From positions 1-19,054 of the forward strand of contig NW_021824307.1 in the NCBI RefSeq assembly GCF_006345805.1: 19,054 bases of DNA, read 5' to 3'. The DNA is from Octopus sinensis. Lineage: Eukaryota. The notes beneath the pieces are model-generated. The model was given only the letters and a program-made list of their open reading frames with translations, ran no database searches and was not told where the DNA came from. Shown in pieces: positions 10,620-19,054 of the stretch (its first letter is position 1; every line of letters begins with the position of its first letter). The position numbers and the translations under genes are program-made.

Positions 10620-10672
<53 letters not shown>

Positions 10673-11432
10673 TACATACATACATACATATATATATATA
10701 TATATCTATATATATATATATTTTGCGTAAATAAGTATATATGTAGTTATCTGCTTATACATATATAGGTGCATATATGTACGAATATATATATATATAT
10801 ATACATATATACATACATATGTATACACATATGTATATGTATATACACACACATATATATATGCATAAAAACATACACATATACAGATCAATAAAGCAGG
10901 AGGGAGGTAAAGAGAAAGAAAGAGAGAGTGAGATGCAAAGAGTATCAATGACTTCATAATTATATACACCACACACACACACACACACACATACACACAT
11001 GTACGTATGTGTATGTGTGTAAGTGTGTGTGTACGTGTGGGTGGGGATGTACTTGTGTGTGTTTGTAGAATCTCATATTTCATTTATAGACATTTGCCTT
11101 TTTATTGCTCCGCATCTTTCCTTCTTTTTCACTCCCTCTTTGCCCCGCCACCTCATTCACGCTTCTCCCTCCCGTACGCACACACACACACACACACTTC
11201 TCTCTCTCCCTCAATCTCAATGTCTCTCTCTCCTCTCTCTACGCTTATATATGCTGATATAAGTATGAACGTACGAGTATATTCGTGTTTGTTCGGAACT
11301 ATTTATAAATGAATAGGTTTTATACCATTATCGTTTGTATATACATACAGGCACACATACATACTTACATACATACATACCATACATATACATACACATA
11401 CATACATACTACATACATACACACACACACAC

Positions 11433-11499
<67 letters not shown>

Positions 11500-11505
11500 T
11501 ATAAA
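9150..11505. repeat. Long patchwork of (TA)n, (TG)n, (CA)n, (CATA)n and (CT)n tracts separated by short AT-rich unique spacers
   Basis: Direct inspection. Confidence 0.85.
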
Positions 11506-11509
11506 GTAT

Positions 11510-11825
11510 TATATTATGAGTATAATTATATTAGGGTTTAGCAAAATTGCTTCACCACATACCGAAATTTAGAAATAGCAGTTAAATACTATTCCACTAC
11601 CATAAAATATCTCCCAGACAGCAATACCCTCAAATCAAACAGGCAAGACAAAAAAAAAAATAATAATAATAATAACGAATCCACCTGTGCCTGTCTGAAT
11701 TGAGAGAAGTGCTGTCTAGGAGATATCTTATGGTAGTAGAACAGTATTTAACTGTTATTTCTAAATTTCTGTATGTGGTGAAGCAATTTTGCTGAACCCT
11801 AATTATAATTATGCTTATAATTATA
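11510..11825. repeat. Long inverted repeat (foldback or MITE-like): ~135-bp arms, ~42-bp loop
   Basis: The left arm TTAGGGTTTAGCAAAATTGCTTCACCACATACCGAAATTTAGAAATAGCAGTTAAATACTATTCCACTACCATAAAATATCTCCCAGACAGCA matches the reverse complement of the right arm with scattered substitutions, mostly transitions. Confidence 0.92.
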
Positions 11826-11920
11826 GAATTTTTGTATAAATTTACCGATAATGGTTCTTTTAACATGCCGAACTACTTGGTAAGATTATTAATTATAATT
11901 GATTAATTAAGTTTACCCTT

Positions 11921-11969
<49 letters not shown>

Positions 11970-11972
<3 letters not shown>

Positions 11973-12278
11973 AGAGTTTATGAAAAAAACAAAAGACGAA
12001 GACAGGTGGTGTACAAAGCAAACAGATGTATTAGTATAAGGCTCAGGAACAGAAAAAGTCTTTAATTTATATATATGTGACCGCGTGTGTACCGTTGGCG
12101 ATTTTTTTTTCCCCTCTGTCTTCCCTTCTCTGGATCTTTCCTTCTCCTATGTTTCCGACGAAGAGCTCCGCTCGAAACGTTAAACCCTCCTTCTTTCCTT
12201 CTTTCCTGATCGTCCAATATACTATATTGGTTCCACGTCCTCGCGTTGTTGTGTTTTTTTGTGCTTTGATGTTTGGAT

Positions 12279-12283
<5 letters not shown>
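11970..12283. mobile_element. Probable Penelope-like element terminal fragments (two pieces in opposite orientation) embedded in (TA)n
   Basis: A non-repetitive island flanked on both sides by (TA)n. It contains a GACGAAGAGC-loop-GCTCGAAACGT motif of the kind found in Penelope pseudo-LTRs. The reverse complement of 11970-12065 loosely parallels 12181-12283 (TTAAA...TTCCTGA). Family assignment is from recall. Confidence 0.55.
12151..12185 (+). ncRNA. Minimal type I hammerhead-ribozyme-like motif (core variant)
   Basis: GTTT-CCGACGA-A-GAGC(TCC)GCTC-GAAA-C-GT-T-AAAC, read as stem I GTTT/AAAC, a CUGANGA-like core with U4>C, stem II GAGC/GCTC, GAAA, and a palindromic AACGTT in place of stem III. 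Confidence 0.45.
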
Positions 12284-12357
<74 letters not shown>

Positions 12358-13204
12358 TATAATTATGGTTTCGAAATAGTTGTTCATAGATGTCTTTCAT
12401 AGAGATTTTCAAAAATTTGTTAAAATCTATAGGACAAATTACTTTAAAATTTGTGCGTAATTTTTCTGTTGTGTTTCATATAATATTACAGCAGCTCTGT
12501 ACTTTGAGTCTAACCTGAGCCTTTTCTTCCCGATCTGGGATTTTTATGTAAACATCAGTCAGACTTTCAAGTTGTGACATCATCACAGATATGTTCAATT
12601 AGATTTGTTCTGGAGCGAATAAAATGTCTAAGATTGGAAGGAGAGACATATATACAGACAGACAGCGATAAACAGGAATAGAGGAGTAGAGAGGGGCAGA
12701 AGGAAGAACAGAGAAGGGACGTAGCCATGCGTTTTGTCAGGGGATGTTCAGTATCACTTGTTCGACAGCCAGACTTGTCAATATAACGAGTCTACTGTTA
12801 CTAAGATAAAAAAAACTACACCTTGGTAGAGGGCGCTTGCTTTTGTTCATTCAATTCCCCCTCTCTCAACTACACGGAACTACAAAATTTACCCGACAAT
12901 CCACTACATTGTTTCTGCGTTTCTCTTTAGTTCTTCATTGGACTATCGTGTCCAATACAAACTTTTAACATTAAACATAAGATGCGCCAGAAGCAACGTC
13001 TTCTCTCTCATATATCTATTTATCTAACTTTCTATTCACGAACATTTTTTGTGGCAACATATTTATTATATAAAGTTATTCTGATTTGACATCATTTTAG
13101 TGTTAAAAATACACGAGACCTCTTAAGTTTTCATTTAACAAAAGCTTTGATAGGAAATCTCTTTATCTTAAAACATATGCAAGTATGCAGCAACAGTAGT
13201 GTTT

Positions 13205-13600
13205 TCTCTACTTACAATAGAGAAGACTTCCCAAAGAAGTGATTTTGCCATCAAGATGTAGGACAAGATACTGTGATAGCCTGGGCTTCCGAGGCCCACA
13301 ATTCTTCAATATCCTCCCGAAGAACCTGAGAGACCTGCATGGGGTGGATGCAAAAGTCTTTATAATAAAACTGTATCTCTTCCTGTCGGGTGTCCCAGAT
13401 GAAATAACTTCACGGCAGGAGGTGCAGATGAGGGCAGATGAGGCATCGAACTGCATCGAACTCTCTCATGCACCAAATGGCAATTGCTAAAAAGCATTCG
13501 TGAAGTAAAATCATGTAGCAACACCAAATAGCGGTGCCCTAGCATGGCCACAGCTCGTGAGCTGAAACTAGATAAAATAAAAAAAATAATAAATAAATAC
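13205..13600 (+). mobile_element. 3' end of a CR1/L2-group non-LTR retrotransposon (ORF2 C-terminus, 3' UTR and tail), 5'-truncated
   Basis: ORF 13239-13490 contains SLGFRGPQFFNILPKNLRDL...VFIIKLYLFLSGVPDE...RADEASN, matching the GPxLFNxLPxxLR...FKxxLDxFLxxVPDEP...SNS C-terminal signature of such LINEs. There is a terminal hairpin CAGCTCGTGAGCTG (13551-13564) and an A-rich tail. Confidence 0.82.
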
Positions 13601-13780
13601 ATACATACATAAATAAAATAAATACATACATACATACATAATACATACATACATACATACATACATACATACATACGTACGTGCGTACGTACGTACGTAC
13701 ATACATACATACATACATACATACATACATACATACATACATACATACATACATACATACATACATACATACGTACATAT
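13596..13780. repeat. (CATA)n microsatellite grown from the LINE tail
   Basis: Direct inspection. Confidence 0.95.
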
Positions 13781-14134
13781 ATACCCTGAACTAACTGTTA
13801 CTTTCTCAGATGCAGCACGGAATTTTGTCAGTGAACAGGTCGCGGTCTCAAAGCGACGAAAATATTTTGACAAATTAAATTTAAATGTTGAAGTGAATCT
13901 AACGGTTTTTTGTGTGTTTCTTAAATGGCTTATAAACACCTTCCACGCTGCAATTGTTTTCGTTCCAGCACACGATCTCAGATCAGGTCACTTGCTATGC
14001 AAGTACATCTCTGAAGTTTTAAATATTGTTTTAGGAATATGATGCGGCATTAGAAAGCCGTTCTACAATTATAGATATATTTTTTTGTTTGCTTCTTAAT
14101 GATTGCGCATTTTCAAGAAATATAAGTACGTATG

Positions 14135-14345
14135 TTTCCTTTACTTGTTTAAGTCCTGGGGTCAGTGGTCATGCTGGAACACCGAGAGGAATAGTTCAGG
14201 CGAACAAATCGACCCTGTTACTAATTAGGTCGGCTACTTATTTTATCGATCGATTTGCTGAGCCGCAAGATGGCGGCTGTGAAAAGAAACCAACAGCGCT
14301 TGTCAAGCGGTTTTGGGAAGACAAATATAAACACAGGCACACATA
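14135..14345 (-). mobile_element. SINE 3' portion, type D (probably the 3' half of the type A family), diverged
   Basis: On the minus strand it has a central-domain-like GATAAAATAAGTAGC and ends CGGTGTTCCAGCATGACCACTG...AAACAAGTAAAGGAAA, similar to the LINE tail at 13532-13580. The link to type A is from recall and is not shown in this window. Confidence 0.65.
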
Positions 14346-14379
14346 CATATACATACACAAACGCATCTATCTATCTATC

Positions 14380-14517
14380 TTATTTTTTTTTGTTCTTTTC
14401 TTCCCTTTTACGATCCCTCTTGATCGAAAACCTACGCCACCCTTTTTTTTTATCATCCCCCAAAAGAAAAGCTCTACCTTGTAACTGTGTGCAGCCCTGT
14501 GTGGCCAATAAAGAAAC

Positions 14518-14591
<74 letters not shown>

Positions 14592-14607
14592 GTCTGTCTG
14601 TCCGTCC

Positions 14608-14677
<70 letters not shown>

Positions 14678-14770
14678 TTATCTATCTATCGATCTGTCTG
14701 TATGTCTGTCTGTCTGTTTGTCTGTCTGTTTGTCTGTCTGTCTGCCTGTCAGTCTGTATATCTATCTATC
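14380..14770 (+). mobile_element. 5'-truncated 3' end of a non-LTR-retrotransposon-like repeat with a (TATC/TGTC)n tail (clade unassigned, L1/Tx1 plausible)
   Basis: TTTTACGATCCCTCTTGATCGAA...AAAAGAAAAGCTCTACCTTGTAA..CTGTGTGCAGCCCTGTGTGGCCAATAAAGAAAC then (TATC)n. A second copy lies on the minus strand at the end of the window. Confidence 0.75.
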
Positions 14771-14836
14771 AATATACGTGTGTATATGTGTATATGACGG
14801 GTCTCCATTTTAAGTCATTAATCGGTCTAAAACTGC

Positions 14837-14863
14837 TACAACAACAACAACAACAACACAACA

Positions 14864-14898
<35 letters not shown>

Positions 14899-14958
14899 CA
14901 CTACTACTACTACAACAACAACAACAACTACAACTACTCCTACTACACACACACACAC
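14837..14958. repeat. (CAA)n-(CTA)n-(CAA)n-(CA)n compound microsatellite
   Basis: Direct inspection. Confidence 0.95.
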
Positions 14959-15119
14959 TTATATCACTTAGGCCATCTAAGCCATCGTCAGCCTGTCCGA
15001 CGATGATTAAGACTTGGCAGACACTGTCAACAACATACTTTTATAACAATTATAAATTTGGAATGTCATTTTTTAAAATTATAACTGAACAGGACATCAA
15101 ACACACACACACAGACACA

Positions 15120-15158
<39 letters not shown>

Positions 15159-15180
15159 ACACATGCATATACATAAATAT

Positions 15181-15384
15181 ACGCCGGGCGAAATGCGTAG
15201 CCGTATTTCGTCTGTCGTTACGTTCTGAGTTCAAATTCTGCCGAGGTCGACTTTGCCTTTCATCCTTTCGGGGTCGATAAATTAAGTACCAGTTACGCAC
15301 TGGGGTCGAAGTAATCAATTTAATCCGTTTGTCTGTCCTTGTTTGTCCCCTCTGTGTTTAGCCCCTTGTGGGTAGTAAAGAAAT
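15181..15384 (+). mobile_element. SINE type B, tail 2, 5'-truncated, with an intact TSD
   Basis: Aligns to copy 6. It is flanked by a perfect direct repeat ATATACATAAATATACG (15167-15183 and 15385-15401); the last 3 nt overlap the SINE head. Confidence 0.93.
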
Positions 15385-15399
15385 ATATACATAAATATA

Positions 15400-15620
15400 C
15401 GGGGTCTGATCAATAAGTATCCGGACTGTTGCTATAGTAACGAAGCTAAAAGACGGAGAGTAAAGCCGTTTCGCACAGATTGACCTTGAATTCTGCTGTG
15501 AATGCGCACTAAGTTTTAACGTTCTACCTTACTTCTGCTGTTTACAGCAGTGCTTGGAAGGAAGGTGTGTAGCGCATGATCATCGCATTATCCATGACAA
15601 AGAATGTTAAGCAGCGGTTT
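15400..15620 (+). mobile_element. Left end of a second mariner-type transposon (TIR, 5' UTR and start of a decayed transposase)
   Basis: TA then CGGGGTCTGATCAATAAGTATCCGGAC, a mariner-style TIR. ATG at 15594 gives MTKNVKQR, resembling the MxxxxEQR start of mariner transposases. No right TIR was found. Confidence 0.6.
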
Positions 15621-15899
15621 CACTTGCATGCGTTCTAGGGATATGGATCCATTCAAATCAAGGCGATGATAAAAGTCTTTTGCTCAAGGTTCTGGGCAAT
15701 GAGATCGAAACTAGAAGCACGTGGTTGTTCACTGATTCGCATATTCTTCCATTCCAATATGTGTCTTATTGTTGCTGAAATCGGGTTATTGGAAAATGGC
15801 CGAACTTCTGTGGTGAAGTTTATTTCGTTATATTTTGATGTTTTCGTTGTTTTTTTTATTGTACATTTCCTAATGGGATAGAAATATTTTGCGAATATT

Positions 15900-16065
15900 T
15901 GGATGACTGTGATGATGATGATGATGAATAATGGTAGTAATGATGATGATGTTGATGATGATGATGCTGATGATGCTGATGATGAAGAAGAGTATGATGA
16001 TGATGATGATGATGATGGTGATGAAGAAGATGATGATGATGATGATGGTGATGATGAAGAAGAAT

Positions 16066-16100
<35 letters not shown>

Positions 16101-16712
16101 TAATGGTAGTAATGAAGTTAATGTTGATGATGATGATGATGACAATTATGACGTTGATGATTACGATGATGATGTTGATGATGATGGTGGTGGTGGTAGT
16201 CGTGGCTGTGATGATGATGATTATGAAGAAGAATATGTTGACGATAATGAATAATGGTAGCGATGATGATGATGTTGATGATGCTGATGATGCTGATGAT
16301 GAAATTAGTGACAATGAAGATGGCGACGACGACGACGATGACGGCGATGATGATGGTGATGAAGTTGATGATGGAGACGACCGATGATGATCATGATGAT
16401 GAGGATGGTAACGATGACGATGATGAGATTGAAGACGGTCATGATGATGACGACGACGACGATGATGATGATGATGAAGCTGATGACGATGATAACAACC
16501 ACGTCGACGACGATTATATAATTATAATAATGATGATGACGATAGTTACGACGAAGAAGACGACGGCAATGACGAGATCATTATGATAATTTTGACGATG
16601 ATGATGTCGACGAAGAAGACGACGAAGGTGATAATGGCGGTAATGAGATTATGATGATATTGATGGCGACAACGACAACGACGACGACGATGCGATGGTG
16701 ATCATGGTAATT

Positions 16713-16751
<39 letters not shown>

Positions 16752-16770
16752 GTGATGATGGTGATGGTGT
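15900..16770. repeat. (GAT)n/(GAC)n tract with internal higher-order repeats
   Basis: GAATAATGGTAG recurs at 15926, 16098 and 16249, and GAAGAAGA(G/A)TATG recurs three times. Confidence 0.9.
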
Positions 16771-16854
16771 TTTCTAGTGTTATTGTATTTGGATTTTCTT
16801 ATTAAAATTATCGGAGTTGGTCTACTTTACCGTTTTTGTAATTTCATGTATAAT

Positions 16855-16872
16855 ACAGCAGCAGTAGTTGTA

Positions 16873-16941
<69 letters not shown>

Positions 16942-17975
16942 TGGTGGTGGTGGTGGTAGTAGTAGTGGTGGTGACTCTGGTAGTAGTAGTAATAGTAGTG
17001 TGTTAGTAGTGGTGGTGATGGTGGTGGGAGTAGAAGTAGTAGTGGTAGTTGTAGTGGTAGTAGTATTAGTAGTTAGTAGTAGTGGTGGTGGTGATGATGG
17101 TGGCGGTTGTACTAGTAGTAGTATTAGTAGTAATGGTCGTGGTGGTGCTTGTAGTAGTAGTAGCAGTATTGGCGGTAGCAGTAGTTGTGATAAGAAGGAC
17201 TAGAGATGGGGGGGGGTGTAATGCTTGTCGATGTTGTAGTGGTTTTTATTGTCGCTATTTTTGTTGCTTTTGTTGATGCTGCTGCTGTTAATACTACCAA
17301 TATAATTCTCATAATCTTTGTTGCTGTTGTTATTGCTGCAATCCTCCTCCTCCTCCTTCTCCTCCTCCTCATCATCATCATCATTATCATCATCATCATC
17401 ATTGCAGTTGTCGTCGTCCTTTTCGATTTGGATTTTGTTTTTCTTGGAGTTATTTTCGTGCTTTTAAGTACAGAAGGGCTGTATAAGCAGCAGCAGCAGC
17501 AGCAGTAGTATTTGTAGTAGTAGTAGTAATAGTAGTAGTAGTAGTAGTAGTAGTAGCAGCAGCAGCATCAGCTAGAGCGGGAATAGTAGTAGTAGTCGTC
17601 TTGGTGGTGGTGGTGCTGGCGGAAATATTAGTAAAAGTAGTAACATCAATGGTTATGGAGGTCGTGGTGGTGGTAGTGGTGGTGTTAATGGTGGGGAGGC
17701 GGTGGTGTTGTTGCTGGTAAAGGTGGTGATGGTTGTGGTGGTGGCGGTGGAGATAGTTGTAATACTAGCAGCTACGATGATGGGTTAGCGGCGGTGGTGG
17801 TGGTAGTAGTAGTAGTAGTAGTGTTGGTGGTGGAAGTGGTGGTAGTAGTGCTGGTGGTAGTTGTAGTAATAATAGTAGTAACAGATGTAGTAGTAGTAAT
17901 AGTAGTAGTATTAGTGGTATTAGACGGAGGAATAGGAGGAGTACGTGTACATGTGGGAGTAGTGGTGGTGGGAGG
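16855..17975. repeat. Compound (GCA)n/(GTA)n/(GGT)n/(TCC)n/(ATC)n low-complexity region
   Basis: Direct inspection. Confidence 0.9.
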
Positions 17976-18179
17976 GTGTACTGTTCTCTTTGCCGTTTGT
18001 TGTAAATAGCCTGTCAAGAATAGGCCATTATTGTTCAGAAGAAACCGGAAGTCCTTTCTAAACGTCCCGGATATTCTGATTTGCATTTCAGAGGAGATGT
18101 TAATATTATTTCTGTACATGTCATGGTAGAATTGTTACAGATTGAGATTTTACAAGACATTGGAAAAGACGATGCTTAG

Positions 18180-18228
18180 AAAGAGCAAGATAAAGAAGGA
18201 AGGGAAAGAGAGGCAGAAAGAAAGAAAG

Positions 18229-18260
<32 letters not shown>

Positions 18261-18420
18261 GGTAGAATGAAAGGACGAAGGAAAGAAACAAAAAAATAGC
18301 TAAGAAAGAACGAAAGGGAGAGGGAAAGAGAAAAAAGAAGGATTGTCAAAAATACGCTAAAAGAGCAAGTGAAGGTGGGGGGGGGGGGTGAACAAAGAGG
18401 GAGATAGATAGATAAATGAT
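18180..18420. repeat. Purine-rich (GAAA)n/(GA)n tract
   Basis: Direct inspection. Confidence 0.85.
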
Positions 18421-18488
18421 AGATAGAAAGACAGAGAGACAGAGAGACAGACAGATATATAGGTAGATGATACATAGATAGAGAGATT

Positions 18489-18546
<58 letters not shown>

Positions 18547-18595
18547 CAGATAGATAGATACATAGATAGACAGATAGATAGACAGACAGATAGAC

Positions 18596-18633
<38 letters not shown>

Positions 18634-18667
18634 ACGGATAGACAGATAGATAGATAGATAGATAGAC

Positions 18668-18709
<42 letters not shown>

Positions 18710-19054
18710 GAAGAGAGAGAGAGAGAGGGAGAAAGAGAGAGAGAAAGAGATAGACAGATACGTAGTTAGATAGATAGATAGATATATATGTTTCTTTATT
18801 AGCCACATAGGGCTGCACACAGATAGAACAAATTACAAGGTAGAGCTTTTCTTTTGAAGGTTTAAAAAAAAAAAAAGCAAAGGGGGGAGTTTCGATCAAA
18901 AGGGATCGTAAAAGGAGAGAAAGAGGACAAAAAGGGGTGGTTAAAAAAAGGGGGAGAGAAAAAATTGATCAATAGGGATCGTTATCACAGAAATGTCAAT
19001 ATGAAGTGTAAAGGGGAGGACAGGTGAGGTTTACCCGTGGAAAGAAAAGCCTAC
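18420..19054 (-). mobile_element. Second copy of the LINE-like 3' end with a long (TATC)n tail, running off the window
   Basis: The reverse complement of 18789-18910 matches 14410-14520 (CCTTGTAATTTGTTCTATCTGTGTGCAGCCCTATGTGGCTAATAAAGAAAC). (GATA)n lies at 18420-18785. Confidence 0.78.

Noticed and set aside
11531-11536. TTAGGG/CCCTAA telomere-like hexamers at the ends of the inverted repeat
   Set aside because: These are single copies that form part of the inverted arms, not tandem telomeric repeats.
13785-14040. Strong-looking splice acceptor (CTAAC...TTTCTCAG at about 13790-13809) and a possible interspersed repeat
   Set aside because: No good donor or informative ORF follows. I suspect it is a common repeat but cannot show that from a single copy.
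15666-15881. ORF containing ENGRTSV, reminiscent of the mariner helix-turn-helix linker
   Set aside because: The match is only 7 residues and the surrounding sequence does not align to a transposase, so the mariner call was not extended.
15903-16586. Asp-rich biomineralisation-type protein
   Set aside because: There is no signal peptide or splice context, stops and frame shifts recur, and (GAT)n explains it.
18040-18090. ETS motif CCGGAAGT and octamer ATTTGCAT as an snRNA-type promoter
   Set aside because: No snRNA or other RNA gene follows, and short motifs are expected by chance in 19 kb.
18180-18420. H-DNA/triplex or Z-DNA potential of the purine and alternating tracts
   Set aside because: This is a generic property of microsatellite-rich DNA, with nothing locus-specific to support a function.

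Overview
This is non-coding, AT-rich, microsatellite-saturated eukaryotic DNA. It most likely comes from an octopus (coleoid cephalopod) genome, which I infer from the tRNA-derived SINE types and the microsatellite style. No intact protein-coding gene is supported: almost every ORF in the track is a translation of simple repeats (VCVC, YIYI, LSIY, poly-D/V/H). The real content is a transposon graveyard. It holds about 11 SINE copies or fragments of four sequence types, a complete 397-bp non-autonomous Helitron probably nested in a hAT-like MITE, two mariner remnants, a CR1/L2-group LINE 3' end, two inverted copies of another LINE-like 3' end with (TATC)n tails, and a Penelope-like fragment. 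The most interesting observations are: (1) a stacked, apparently polarised SINE array at 3835-5144 in which one target motif (ATACATTACAGTAAT) recurs between successive copies; (2) a minimal hammerhead-ribozyme-like motif at 12151-12185; (3) a ~315-bp long-armed inverted repeat at 11510-11825; (4) two separate SINE-LINE 3'-tail partnerships that can both be seen inside the window. All alignments were done by eye and family names come from recall, not from database searches.
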